Shown in pieces: positions 1-9,457 of a stretch of DNA of 64,000 nt. Under the pieces are notes generated by a model. It worked only from the letters and a program-made list of their open reading frames with translations. It made no database searches and was not told where the DNA came from. The position numbers and the translations under genes were made by a program. Source of the stretch: Candidatus Magasanikiibacteriota bacterium (lineage in GTDB: Bacteria; Patescibacteriota; Patescibacteriia; Magasanikbacterales; 2-02-FULL-50-9b); assembly GCA_023246755.1 (NCBI GenBank), contig JAHFHU010000002.1, positions 3,702 to 67,701 on the forward strand, written 5' to 3'. Numbering within the stretch: position 1 is the first letter of the stretch; the number at the start of each line of letters is the position of its first letter.

Positions 1-7
1 GGTCACC

Positions 8-574
8 GTGCGGGGCAAGAAAAAAATGTACGTTGCGGAACCGCCCGAAATTTTAAAGCACCAGCAACAAATTAAAATGAAACGGCTCGACGGAATTCTC
101 GACGAACTCTCCGGACTGACGCACACCGGAACATTTAAGCCGGTTATCAAATTTTACGAAGGCCTTGAAGGAATTAAAACCGTATTCATGCAATCGCTCG
201 CCTGCAAAGAAAAAACACTCTATGCGGTCGCGGGAATTCAGCGACTTAATGTGCGCTCAAAAGCCCTTTTGGATTTTTGGCTTAATGATTTTGGCCCATC
301 ACGTATTGAAAATGGAATTACAACAAAATTAATCGCGCCTGACACTGAACAAGGGCTCGCGTACAAAAAAACCGACGTGGCGCTGCATCGCGAAACCCGT
401 TTATTGCCCGCCTCAACCTACAACTTTGAAAGCGAGTACCTTGTGTACGACAACGTACTTAATTTGTTTGTATATTCAGAGCACGAACAATTTGCAATTA
501 GCATCACAAGCCAAGCCATCGCCCAAACTATGAAATTGTTATGGCGAATTGCATGGAATCAAGGGTGGAAATAA
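8..574 (+). CDS. TrmB-family transcriptional regulator, C-terminal part (gene probably continues upstream of the window)
   Basis: Open frame continues to the window edge. It resembles the two full TrmB-like paralogs in this window (21529-22341; 47220-47969) in its C-terminal region. Confidence 0.5.
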   Translation: MRGKKKMYVAEPPEILKHQQQIKMKRLDGILDELSGLTHTGTFKPVIKFYEGLEGIKTVFMQSLACKEKTLYAVAGIQRLNVRSKALLDFWLNDFGPSRIENGITTKLIAPDTEQGLAYKKTDVALHRETRLLPASTYNFESEYLVYDNVLNLFVYSEHEQFAISITSQAIAQTMKLLWRIAWNQGWK

Positions 575-617
575 AATTTGATCGGATAAACGTGTTATAC
601 TAAATTTAGATAATTAT

Positions 618-1259
618 ATGAACTTAAACATCATTCCCACACGTCCAAGCGGAACTCCACGCTCCTACGAAACGCAGGAAATAGAAGAAGCAAATGAGCG
701 CCTCCTCGACGCGCAAAATTTACTATCCCAAGCGAGGCTTAATTACTACCACGTCTCTGATTTACGCGATAAAAATAAATCAATCTTGTGCGGCGTACAA
801 TCAAGTCCAGAAACCCCGCGACCCGGCACACTTTTTGATCGGATAAAACAGCATGACGCGGTAACCGAACATTTGGTCGCTCGCGGACACATCGCACGAT
901 CGAGCGACAACGACTTTACTCTCGCACATGCGGTCGCGAGCGCTGCGCATCTGTACAAAATGCAAGTTGCTGAGGAAGAACGAATGTTAAGAATCTATCC
1001 AAGAAAAAAAGAACTCGCGGATTTAAAAAAATTTATTCCGGAAATTATACGAGAAATTGAGTCACTACAAACAAAAATCGAGGTCTTATTTCACGAAGAT
1101 GCTGAACAGGAATTTTCTTTGCGTGGCATGCTCCAGCAAATTCGTGTGCGTTTGTCACTCGGCGAATACGAACCTGAACAAGCAGAAAAAATTCGTGGAG
1201 CGCTTGCGATATATGACGCAGCAATTCCGGATGACACGCAAAAAATTCAAGCTGTTTAA
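618..1259 (+). CDS. hypothetical protein (coiled-coil-like)
   Basis: 213-aa ORF with balanced composition and no recognisable motif. Confidence 0.45.
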   Translation: MNLNIIPTRPSGTPRSYETQEIEEANERLLDAQNLLSQARLNYYHVSDLRDKNKSILCGVQSSPETPRPGTLFDRIKQHDAVTEHLVARGHIARSSDNDFTLAHAVASAAHLYKMQVAEEERMLRIYPRKKELADLKKFIPEIIREIESLQTKIEVLFHEDAEQEFSLRGMLQQIRVRLSLGEYEPEQAEKIRGALAIYDAAIPDDTQKIQAV

Positions 1260-1303
1260 GTGCGATCTATTGACACCATCGCCCCGCTCGCGTATAGTGC
1301 GCC

Positions 1304-1377
1304 TGCGGGATAGAGCAGCCCGGCAGCTCGCCAGGCCCATAACCTGGAGGTCGTTGGTTCAAATCCAACTCCCGCAA
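1304..1377 (+). tRNA. tRNA-Met or tRNA-Ile2 (anticodon CAT), elongator type
   Basis: Manual cloverleaf: 7-bp acceptor TGCGGGA/TCCCGCA, D-arm GAGC/GCTC, anticodon stem CCAGG/CCTGG with loop CCCATAA (CAT at 1338-1340), T-arm GTTGG-TTCAAAT-CCAAC, discriminator A. A29:U41 argues against an initiator tRNA. No CCA encoded. Confidence 0.6.
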
Positions 1378-1380
1378 TTA

Positions 1381-1412
1381 AAAAACCCTCGTGCAAGCGA
1401 GAGTTTTTTAAT
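1381..1412. terminator. weak intrinsic terminator after the tRNA (short hairpin plus T-run), possibly bidirectional
   Basis: CTCG-tgcaag-CGAG hairpin followed by GAGTTTTTTAATT. It lies between a tRNA and a convergent gene. Confidence 0.3.
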
Positions 1413-1421
1413 TGTAGACAA

Positions 1422-3407
1422 TTACCATCCTCCACCGCCCCCGCCCCCTCCGCCACCACCAGATGATCCGCCGCCCGATGACCCTGATCTGCTGCCCGGA
1501 AACGCTGATGCAGAACTAATCGCGGATGAAAAATTTTGGAAACTATGGACAAAACCCATATCGCGCGCAAATCCATTTCGTTGTGTCCCGCTGCGTTCGA
1601 TCTCGGTGGCTGACGTCAAAACCGACTCAAACTGTTCGCCCCATTTTTGTTCAACACCGAGCGCGCACGCAAAACCCAAGTTCTCTTGAAACAATTCTGG
1701 CGTTCTTTCGGGTGGATGATGAAACTCGAGCCGATCTTTTTCGGTCGCATTCAAAAAAAGTTTAAACCCCGCAAGATGTTCGACGTATGCAGCGCCTTCA
1801 ACTGAATATCGTGGCATGAGTTTCGCAAAAACAACAATGACGACGAGCAGCGCGACTAAAAACCCAACATGAATCGGACCAGCGATTCCTAAAAAAATAA
1901 TGACGATCACAATCGTCGTTGCTAAATATCCAACGATCCCGATCATCAGCATCGCGCAACCCGTCAATAATTTTGTCACCAACTTCACCACGTTCTTCAT
2001 GAATCCCGTGCTTTCCATCAAACGAATTTTTTCAAATTTATTTGAAAATAATTTCGAAATGCAGAAATACGAAATCCCTGAGACAATCGCAAATAATCCA
2101 AACCACGCGCTACGACTCAAATATAATTCATTAACAACAGCAACAACGACCAACGCAAGGGGTGTCAACAAAAACGCGCCACGCAAAAATTCTTTATTAT
2201 TTTTGAAGAATAACTTGTCATCCACCGTTTCCTTAAAATGTTCCGTAAAAATTTTAACGACGCGGCGTAATAATCGTTTATCCGTTGTTTGAGAACTTGT
2301 GCCGCCATCGATCTCAATCGAATCCGCGTCTTTAAATAACGCTTCGAGCAAAATCTTGTCCTCAAGATAATTTTTCTTTGCAGTGTAAGCAATTTTTTTT
2401 ATCGTATAAACTTTTGAATCTTCAATTCTCTCTAACTGAATCAAACCACGCGACGCCATGTCAATTAATTGTGCGCCCAACACGCCATCGTCGTACGTTC
2501 GATGAAGTAGATAACGCGCGACTGCCGGTGACATATCTTTCGGCGGTTCGTATTGCGCGATAATCGTGCGCGCTTTCGGATCTCGCCCTTTTTGATGCCA
2601 CACAATAAAAAAATATGCGAGCATCATCAAAAATCCAATCGAGACACCAATCACGCTTACCTCGAAAGGAACGGGTTTAAAAATTTCCGGATCTGCGGGT
2701 GGCTGCACCGACGCCACGACGGGCTGCACCACATGTTTTTTTGGCCAACTCGCCACGATCGTCAATCCTTCAAACGGTTGCAGCTCCCGCGTTGTATCAA
2801 ACACCATGCGGGGATATTCACCAGACTCATTTGTTTTTTGTGCCTGATACGCAGTCTCGGTCGAACCCTGCAATCCGGTATATCCATCTGTGGCAACCGC
2901 AGCAATCGGAACTGTCGTCGGCAAACTCACGCGCGCTGATGCGTGCATGATCGGGAAAACCCACCCATTTCCCGTCACGTTCCAATACAATTCATCATGA
3001 TCCTCAAAATATCCGAGCACATTCTTCATCTTATATGCGATTGTGTAGATGTGCTGTCCCGATGAAACAAACGTATTTTTATCGCCGATATAAATTCGAA
3101 TACCATTCGCGCGGGATTCTGTGTGATGCGCACTATCAACCCCATCGCTCAAAATTTTTTGCAAAGAAAATCCAACATCAAACGTCGTTCCATCATTTTT
3201 TTGATACTCCGTCGGAATATCTCGGTAAATTCCGTGCTTGATTTGATTCTGCTCCGCGGTCACAATAATTTTTTCTTCAACATCAATCGAGCCATCAACA
3301 TTTACCACGATATCGGAATGAAAGTCGTTAATAATTTCCGCCGCATCGGCACGTGTTGTTACACAAAACAACGTCGCGAAAACAAAAAAATAAAATAATT
3401 TTTTCAT
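1422..3407 (-). CDS. DUF2207-family membrane protein with Gly-rich C-terminal tail
   Basis: Signal peptide, beta-rich N-terminal domain, central TM segments, and a C-terminal SGGGSSGGGGGGGGGGGW tail typical of DUF2207 (YciQ-like) proteins. Confidence 0.65.
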   Translation of the reverse strand: MKKLFYFFVFATLFCVTTRADAAEIINDFHSDIVVNVDGSIDVEEKIIVTAEQNQIKHGIYRDIPTEYQKNDGTTFDVGFSLQKILSDGVDSAHHTESRANGIRIYIGDKNTFVSSGQHIYTIAYKMKNVLGYFEDHDELYWNVTGNGWVFPIMHASARVSLPTTVPIAAVATDGYTGLQGSTETAYQAQKTNESGEYPRMVFDTTRELQPFEGLTIVASWPKKHVVQPVVASVQPPADPEIFKPVPFEVSVIGVSIGFLMMLAYFFIVWHQKGRDPKARTIIAQYEPPKDMSPAVARYLLHRTYDDGVLGAQLIDMASRGLIQLERIEDSKVYTIKKIAYTAKKNYLEDKILLEALFKDADSIEIDGGTSSQTTDKRLLRRVVKIFTEHFKETVDDKLFFKNNKEFLRGAFLLTPLALVVVAVVNELYLSRSAWFGLFAIVSGISYFCISKLFSNKFEKIRLMESTGFMKNVVKLVTKLLTGCAMLMIGIVGYLATTIVIVIIFLGIAGPIHVGFLVALLVVIVVFAKLMPRYSVEGAAYVEHLAGFKLFLNATEKDRLEFHHPPERTPELFQENLGFACALGVEQKWGEQFESVLTSATEIERSGTQRNGFARDMGFVHSFQNFSSAISSASAFPGSRSGSSGGGSSGGGGGGGGGGGW

Positions 3408-3410
3408 AAT

Positions 3411-4322
3411 TTATTCAGTAAGATATGGTTGACTCTCGTTATTGATTTTATACGGAATTGTTTTAAACACAGATCTCACGCCACCGCCATCGCGCACCAA
3501 ATCAATCGCGACCATCACGCCCTCCATCGTTTCTTTTGAAAAATATTGATCGAAAATAAAATTACCTAAACTATAATAAATTGGACGGCCTTTATATTGC
3601 TCGACCGTTTCAACAACATGCGGGTGGCCGCCGATTACTACATCCGCGCCCGCATCAATAAACCGATGCCCCGCCACAATCTGCGCACCGGATGGCTTCG
3701 GTTTATATTCAACACCCCAGTGTGGCATCACCACAATAAAATCAGCTCCGTTCGTGTGCGCATCGCGAATCGCACGCTCAACAATCGGCACTGCAATTTT
3801 TTCCGGCACCGAAAATGCATGATACCCAACAAATGCGATTTTAAATCCATTTTTTTCAATCACATAACTCACCATCCCCACACGATTGAGTGGATCACCA
3901 AAATATTTTACCCCCGCAGCGCTCAAAAATTTTTTCGTTGCCTGCAGCCCAGCTTCATTAAAATTATACGTGTGATTATTCGCGAGTGAAACAACATCAA
4001 AATATTTCGCGAGCGCCGGCGCAAAATTTGGATTAAACGTAAACGACATTCTTTCAGCGCGCTTCATATTAAATGAAGTCGTAGTTATCGGACCTTCTAA
4101 ATTTCCAACACGCACATCATAGCCCGCGAGGTGCGAAGCAATTTTCAAAAATGGAAACTCATAATTGAAGTCAGCCCGCTTGACCGCACCAAATACCTTG
4201 CGATCAAGCATGATATCCCCAACAAAAATCATCGAAACATGTTCATCGGCCGCGCGAACCACATTCGCACTGCAATTAAAAAATATTCCGCACACCAGTA
4301 TCAAAGCTAAAAAAATTTTCAT
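3411..4322 (-). CDS. CapA/PGA_cap-family metallophosphatase (poly-gamma-glutamate capsule synthesis-like)
   Basis: Signal peptide. Motifs GDIMLDR, NLEGP, ANNHTYNF, HWGVEY and GGHPHV match the CapA/YwtB metallophosphoesterase family. Confidence 0.7.
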   Translation of the reverse strand: MKIFLALILVCGIFFNCSANVVRAADEHVSMIFVGDIMLDRKVFGAVKRADFNYEFPFLKIASHLAGYDVRVGNLEGPITTTSFNMKRAERMSFTFNPNFAPALAKYFDVVSLANNHTYNFNEAGLQATKKFLSAAGVKYFGDPLNRVGMVSYVIEKNGFKIAFVGYHAFSVPEKIAVPIVERAIRDAHTNGADFIVVMPHWGVEYKPKPSGAQIVAGHRFIDAGADVVIGGHPHVVETVEQYKGRPIYYSLGNFIFDQYFSKETMEGVMVAIDLVRDGGGVRSVFKTIPYKINNESQPYLTE

Positions 4323-4399
4323 ATCAGTGTAAGCACAACCCCGTTATTGTAACATAATGCCCTGCTCGATGGCAGGGCATTATTTCTCAACAACTCAAT

Positions 4400-6661
4400 T
4401 TAGAATCTTCCGCGTCCGCCGCCGCCACCTCCATGTGGTCGCCCCCCGCCCCGGCCTCCGCGATCTCCTCCACGTCCGCCGCCATGCCCCGAACGATCAT
4501 CGCGCTCTCGGGGCGCACGCTCCTGAAAATCAGCTGGCGGCGCAGTTAATCGCTTCATCGACAACGAAATACGGCCCTGCTCATCAATTTCTTTGACAAT
4601 CACCTTAACGTGATCACCGATCTTGAACAGATCATGCGGCGACTCAACGCGCTGCCATGACATTTCCGAAACATGCACCATACCATCCTGTTTTGGCAAC
4701 ACTTCAACGAAAATTCCGTAATCTTCAACGCGCGTGACCGGCACATCTTCAAAAATTTCGCCCGACTCAACGACACGCACAATATTTTTAATCCAATCAA
4801 CCGCCTTCTCGAGCTGCGCACCCGGTGGCGCTGTAACTGAGACTTGACCCGTTTGTTCGATATCAATTTTCACACCACAGGTATCAATAATTTCGTTGAT
4901 CACCTTTCCGCCCGGACCGATCACCTCGCGAATCTTATCAACTGGAATCATGAATGTCACAATCTTTGGCGCGTATGGAGACAAATCAGCACGCGGCTCT
5001 GGCAAACAGGCATGCATGACATCGAGAATTTGCATACGTGCCTCGCGTGCCTGCGCAAACGTGTCACGAATAATATCTGCGGTGATGCCGTCAGTCTTTG
5101 TATCCATCTGGATTGCCGTAATGCCCGCTCGAGTACCTGCAATTTTGAAATCCATGCCGCCCGGACCGTCTTCTAAGTCCTGTAGATCAGTCAAAACAAC
5201 ATATTTACCCGCTTTATTTGATGCGAGACCCATTGCCATACCTGCAACAGGTGCAGTGAGCGGAACGCCTGCGTCCATCAAAGCCAATGTTGAGCCACAG
5301 GTCGACGCCATAGACGATGAACCGTTCGACGACATCACTTCCGACACAACACGAATGGTGTAGGGAAATGTTTCTTTCGGTGGAAGCACCGGAAGCAAAG
5401 CCTTTTCCGCGAGCGCGCCATGTCCAATTTCACGGCGACCCGGGCCACGATTTGGGCCAGTCTCACCGACCGAATATGCAGGAAAATTATAGTGATGCAT
5501 GTAACGCTTTTTGCTTTCACCCTCAATACCCTGCAAAATTTGCTCGTCACCGGGCGAGCCAAGCGTCACAATTGAAAGTACGTGCGTTTCGCCCCGCTGA
5601 AAAAATCCAGTTCCGTGTGTACGTGGTAGTACAGCGACTTCTGAAACGAGCTGACGAATTTCTTTGAGCCCGCGACCGTCAACGCGACGCCCATGCTCAA
5701 TGACTTCTTCAGTAATAAATTCCTCAACAATATGTTTCAATTTATTGAACGCAATCTTGCGACGATCTTTTGAAATATTTTCGCGCGTGAAATACGCGTC
5801 GAGCAATTCTTTCATCTTGCCAAACGACTCCATACGTTCCGCTTTCGAACGCTTGGGCGCATCGTAAAAAATTTCACCCGCATGTTTTGCGATGAACGCG
5901 TGCGCAAGTTCAAGAATTGCAACATCAGTAATTTCACCTTCTGCAACTTCCGCCGCGCCCGAAGTCGCCGCGCGTTTTTCTTTTCCAACTGCCGCGCGCA
6001 CTTCTTCGATCAATTTCATCGGCTCCTTCATGTGTTTGCGCGCAAAGTCCATTGCTGCAACAAACACTTCTTCTGGAACTTGATTTGCCGCTGCTTCAAT
6101 TTGTGTAATTTTTTCTGTTGTACCGGTCACGAGCAAATCCAAAACAGATTTATTCAACGCTTCAGCCGTCGGATTAATCACCCACTCACCTTCGATCTGA
6201 CCAACGCGGATACCCGCAACCGGCCCGTTCCATGGAACGTCTGAAATCGTGAGCGCGCAACTCGCCGCGATCACGCACAACGCCTCGTGATCATTTTCAT
6301 TGTCATACGACAAAACCGTTGTTACAACCTGCACCTCGTTACGCATCGCATCGTTGAAGAGCGGACGAATGCCGCGATCAACCATGCGTCCGGTCAAAAT
6401 CGCTTCATCAGACGGCCGACCTTCGCGCTTAATAAAACGCGAACCTTTAATAATACCGGCCGCGTACAATTTTTCATCAAAATCAACCGAGAGCGGAAAA
6501 TAATCGATCCCGTCGCGCGTTCGATCGCTCATCGTTGCGGTTCCCATCACGACCGTGTCGCCGTAGCGAACGGTGCATGAACCACCTGCCTGCGGAGCAA
6601 ACTTTCCTACTTCAATCGTGAGGGTTCGGCCGCCCCACTCGGTGCTAAATTTTTGTGACAT
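4400..6661 (-). CDS. pnp: polyribonucleotide nucleotidyltransferase (PNPase) with C-terminal RGG-repeat tail
   Basis: Full-length PNPase architecture (two RNase PH domains, KH, S1). Conserved blocks such as FFQRGETHVLSIVTLGS and GSSSMASTCG are present. Extra tail GHGGGRGGDRGGRGGGRPHGGGGGGRGRF. Confidence 0.95.
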   Translation of the reverse strand: MSQKFSTEWGGRTLTIEVGKFAPQAGGSCTVRYGDTVVMGTATMSDRTRDGIDYFPLSVDFDEKLYAAGIIKGSRFIKREGRPSDEAILTGRMVDRGIRPLFNDAMRNEVQVVTTVLSYDNENDHEALCVIAASCALTISDVPWNGPVAGIRVGQIEGEWVINPTAEALNKSVLDLLVTGTTEKITQIEAAANQVPEEVFVAAMDFARKHMKEPMKLIEEVRAAVGKEKRAATSGAAEVAEGEITDVAILELAHAFIAKHAGEIFYDAPKRSKAERMESFGKMKELLDAYFTRENISKDRRKIAFNKLKHIVEEFITEEVIEHGRRVDGRGLKEIRQLVSEVAVLPRTHGTGFFQRGETHVLSIVTLGSPGDEQILQGIEGESKKRYMHHYNFPAYSVGETGPNRGPGRREIGHGALAEKALLPVLPPKETFPYTIRVVSEVMSSNGSSSMASTCGSTLALMDAGVPLTAPVAGMAMGLASNKAGKYVVLTDLQDLEDGPGGMDFKIAGTRAGITAIQMDTKTDGITADIIRDTFAQAREARMQILDVMHACLPEPRADLSPYAPKIVTFMIPVDKIREVIGPGGKVINEIIDTCGVKIDIEQTGQVSVTAPPGAQLEKAVDWIKNIVRVVESGEIFEDVPVTRVEDYGIFVEVLPKQDGMVHVSEMSWQRVESPHDLFKIGDHVKVIVKEIDEQGRISLSMKRLTAPPADFQERAPRERDDRSGHGGGRGGDRGGRGGGRPHGGGGGGRGRF

Positions 6662-6706
6662 ACATTTTATTAAACGCTACGTACCTTATGGCACGATCGT
6701 TACGAT

Positions 6707-7402
6707 TTACATGATGGTGCGCTTATTGCGCCGTTGATTTTTTTTATTGTCGACGTTCGACGAAGCAACCCGTTCTTCTGGAATCTGCTGTGTATCCCCC
6801 ACAATTTCTTCCTCCGTATCAACTGCTGGCTGATGCGTCGAGGGACGATGTTGCGCAGCACCGCCTCCGTTCTGTTGAATCAAATACTGGTCCGCGTGTT
6901 CCGCAAGATCAATAAAATCATCGACAGTCTCGATAAGTCGACTTGATGAAGTATGACGAAACGCCATCACTTCAACGCGACATCCTTTGTGCTGAAGATA
7001 CTCAACCAACGGAATGTAATCTCCATCACCCGATACGATCACAATCACGTCAACTTTGTCGCTCATGCGAATCGCATCAACCGTAATCCCCACATCCCAA
7101 TCCGCTTTCTTAACGCCGCTCGAAAAAACTTGCAAGTCGCGCTCTTTAAGCTCAATCCCTTGCAAACGCAGCGCATCAAGAAACCGAACTTCGTGCTGCT
7201 GTGGTGTTTCAACAACATACGCCGTCGCACGGATCAAATTTCGATCACGAATCGCGCCTTTCACCACGTTGATGAAATTAACTTTTGCGCCAAACAAATT
7301 TTTAGCGCTGTAATACATGTTCTGCACGTCAATAAAAATACCGACGCGTTGTGCAGTGTAATTAATCTGCACCGGCATGTCCTGTTTTTCTGTTTTTTTC
7401 AT
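6707..7402 (-). CDS. NYN/LabA-like (DUF88) domain protein
   Basis: GIFIDVQN...VIVSGDGDY matches the NYN ribonuclease-like fold family. It is inserted between rpsO and pnp with 12-nt and 45-nt gaps (same operon). Confidence 0.7.
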   Translation of the reverse strand: MKKTEKQDMPVQINYTAQRVGIFIDVQNMYYSAKNLFGAKVNFINVVKGAIRDRNLIRATAYVVETPQQHEVRFLDALRLQGIELKERDLQVFSSGVKKADWDVGITVDAIRMSDKVDVIVIVSGDGDYIPLVEYLQHKGCRVEVMAFRHTSSSRLIETVDDFIDLAEHADQYLIQQNGGGAAQHRPSTHQPAVDTEEEIVGDTQQIPEERVASSNVDNKKNQRRNKRTIM

Positions 7403-7414
7403 GTGAAAAAATGG

Positions 7415-7744
7415 TTACGCCACTTCTTCCACAATGTCGTCTACGTTGTCAACTTTATCGAGATCAGCAAACTGTTTTGCGGCCTTCAAATTAAGTGCCT
7501 TTACAAGTTTTTCAAAGCTTTGCGCATTCTCACGCTGGAGAAAGCGAAGCAAACGGCGACGCTCACCGACTTTGCGGAGTAAACCGCGGCGCGACGAGTG
7601 GTCTTTGCGATGTGACTTTAAATGGCCGATGAGTTCATCGATTTCTGCTGTCAAAATAGCGACCTGCACCTCAGGCGACCCGGTGTCACCCGCGTGCGTG
7701 CGGAATTTGGCAATGATTTTTTGTTTCTTATTTTTATCTAACAT
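7415..7744 (-). CDS. rpsO: 30S ribosomal protein S15 with acidic C-terminal extension
   Basis: Strong S15 similarity (…GDTGSPEVQVAILTAEIDELIGHLKSHRKDHSSRRGLL…). The ~20-aa extension is acidic. SD GAGG precedes the ATG. Confidence 0.9.
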   Translation of the reverse strand: MLDKNKKQKIIAKFRTHAGDTGSPEVQVAILTAEIDELIGHLKSHRKDHSSRRGLLRKVGERRRLLRFLQRENAQSFEKLVKALNLKAAKQFADLDKVDNVDDIVEEVA

Positions 7745-7837
7745 ATACCTCGCATGCTAATTTCCGCGGCGGGCCAACGCGAGTGTCAGCAGCTGCGGGC
7801 CGAATTTTACCGTTCGGCGAGAATTAAATTGGTTTCG

Positions 7838-7866
7838 ACTGTATCACGCAGCAACAGTTTTGTCAA
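7838..7866 (-). promoter_or_regulatory. putative proximal rpsO promoter (TTGACA-17-TACAGT)
   Basis: Minus strand: TTGACA at 7866..7861, 17-nt spacer, TACAGT at 7843..7838. It gives a ~85-nt hairpin-containing leader before rpsO. Confidence 0.4.
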
Positions 7867-8139
7867 ATAAAAACAACCCTTGCAAAGCTTACCGCATCTT
7901 TCTTAAAAAACTGTCGCAGGCGAGCGACGAAAGATGGAAGTGTTCAGCCACACGTAGGGGCGGGAGAACAAAGCTTGATACAAGGGTTGGAGGCCTGAAT
8001 TTGTGCGTACTCGTTTCTGCCACGAGACCGCCTACTGCGTCAACGGCTCACCGGGGTGTGAGCCGCTGGAAATAGTCGGGAGTAGCTGCAACTCTGGGGA
8101 AGTCGCAGATCACATAATTCAGCTCTGTAGCATTCAGTA
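7866..8139 (-). ncRNA. candidate ~270-nt structured sRNA (family unassigned) between the THUMP-methylase gene and rpsO
   Basis: Minus strand: consensus promoter TTGACA (8174..8169)-17-TATGCT (8151..8146). No ORF. Nested helices: CAACCCTTG/CAAGGGTTG plus AAGCTT/AAGCTT closing helix, CATCTTTC/GAAAGATG, GTCGC/GCGAC, CGGCTCA/TGAGCCG, CTCGT/ACGAG. It ends in the long helix followed by TTTTTATTT. Confidence 0.35.
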
Positions 8140-8145
8140 AGACGT

Positions 8146-8174
8146 AGCATACACGCTGCACAAGACTTTGTCAA
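8146..8174 (-). promoter_or_regulatory. sigma70-type promoter (TTGACA-17-TATGCT) firing toward rpsO
   Basis: Read from the sequence on the minus strand. The -35 overlaps the stop codon of the upstream methylase gene. Confidence 0.55.
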
Positions 8175-9355
8175 GCATTTCGAACCAACCGCACAATCTG
8201 TCGCCCCGTCCGCTGATCCGACCGCATATATAGAAGCGTCTTTTGTTCCGGCAAGAGCGGATCGATCGTAAAACCCGTTTCCGCGATAATCTCGTGGAGC
8301 GGCAACAACTCGCGCGGCGTAATTTGAAACGGCAATGAAAAAACGAGCCGACAATCCTGTTTCATCGCCGGCGCAAGCGCGCGCAGTGTTTTATTGTACA
8401 GCGCGACGAGCGCGTTTTTTTCCGACGCACTCAACGCCTCGCCTTTTTTGAGCGGACGCCCTAAAAATGGTTCGCTCGCGACAAAATCGATCGAAGCCGG
8501 CTTAAGATGTTGCGCCCGCGCCGACGCGTCGTGTTTAAAAACATCGAACTCGGTCGCATCAAGCCCGAACTGCGTGCGCGCCCACGCGAGCGAGGCTTTC
8601 GTGTCGTCAACCGCCTGTTTCAAAATATCAGACCCAAAAACGCGACCAAAATTCATCAGCGCCGCTTCGGTCAAAACAGTTCCCGAGCCACAAAACGGAT
8701 CGTACACCGCGCTTGAACTTGACTCCATGGCTCCCTGCGCGAGGTTGATCATGATTTTTGCAAGTTTCGGCGGCAACATCCCGCGCTTGGCGTCGCGTCC
8801 GGGCCGGCCATAATCGCGAAACGACCATTCATCAAATGGTTGAACTGCAACGGTCTGGCACGCAACAACATCCGAACTATCTTTAAGAATCGTCAGATCA
8901 ACGCCGTCCGGCGGCAGCAATTTTTCAAGTTGCACGCTTGCGCTCGACAAAATCGGGTCGCGGCTGATCACCGAGCGCACCGGTCGGTCGGTTTGCGCCT
9001 GAATTTCGCGCTTCAACGCGATGCCGAGCCCTTTGAATTCGGACGCGTTGACGATCGAAACACCGAATGTGACCTTGTTGCGCGCGGTGTTGGCACGAAT
9101 CACGTGGTCCGCGAGGTGCGCGACAAGCTCGTCGGGTTTGCGCGAGAGGCCTTCGACCACTTCAAGAATTTTGACCACGCCGCCAAGCTGCCCCATGAGC
9201 CACGCCGGCGATTCGCTGCATTCCACGACAAAAAATCGCTCGGCAAGCAAACGGCCGTGCGCCAAATTCGGAAACCGGCTGACCAATTCCGCCTGCGAAA
9301 GCGCCGGATGGGAGCCAAATTGAAAAACAAGTTTCATAAATGCAGCGTAGCGCAT
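8171..9355 (-). CDS. THUMP-domain-like RNA (guanine/adenine-N) methyltransferase, UPF0020/Trm11/RlmL-like
   Basis: VYDPFCGSGTVLTEAA (DPFCGSGT) and downstream SEPF…GRPL (NPPY-like) motifs of N-methyltransferases, preceded by an RNA-binding-type N-terminal domain. Confidence 0.6.
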   Translation of the reverse strand: MRYAAFMKLVFQFGSHPALSQAELVSRFPNLAHGRLLAERFFVVECSESPAWLMGQLGGVVKILEVVEGLSRKPDELVAHLADHVIRANTARNKVTFGVSIVNASEFKGLGIALKREIQAQTDRPVRSVISRDPILSSASVQLEKLLPPDGVDLTILKDSSDVVACQTVAVQPFDEWSFRDYGRPGRDAKRGMLPPKLAKIMINLAQGAMESSSSAVYDPFCGSGTVLTEAALMNFGRVFGSDILKQAVDDTKASLAWARTQFGLDATEFDVFKHDASARAQHLKPASIDFVASEPFLGRPLKKGEALSASEKNALVALYNKTLRALAPAMKQDCRLVFSLPFQITPRELLPLHEIIAETGFTIDPLLPEQKTLLYMRSDQRTGRQIVRLVRNA

Positions 9356-9383
9356 GTTGCGGCAAAAATCAAGGCGCCACGCT

Positions 9384-9412
9384 TGACAAAATCACCTCAA
9401 TTTGGTTAAATA
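9384..9412 (+). promoter_or_regulatory. promoter for the 9458 gene (TTGACA-16/17-TTAAAT) plus SD AAGGAAGG
   Basis: cTTGACAaaatcacctcaatttggTTAAATa. A strong SD sits 6 nt before the ATG at 9458. Confidence 0.5.
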
Positions 9413-9457
9413 CAGCTCAACCCAACACGCCCGAAGTGGGCAAAGGAAGGCACATAA

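Noticed and set aside
1057-1689. 210-aa plus ORF with a poly-Pro stretch spanning tRNA-Met and the DUF2207 gene tail
   Set aside because: It overlaps a tRNA and is antisense to the Gly-rich tail (poly-Pro is the complement of poly-Gly codons). Artefactual.
7745-8170. tmRNA, RNase P RNA, SRP RNA or 6S RNA identity for the rpsO-upstream structured region
   Set aside because: None of the following were found on either strand: GGGG…UUCGA tRNA-like ends or a resume-tag ORF (tmRNA), GGAAAGUCCGG / ACAGAAUCCGGCUUA blocks (RNase P), or GGAAGCAGCC (SRP). It is kept as an unassigned sRNA candidate.
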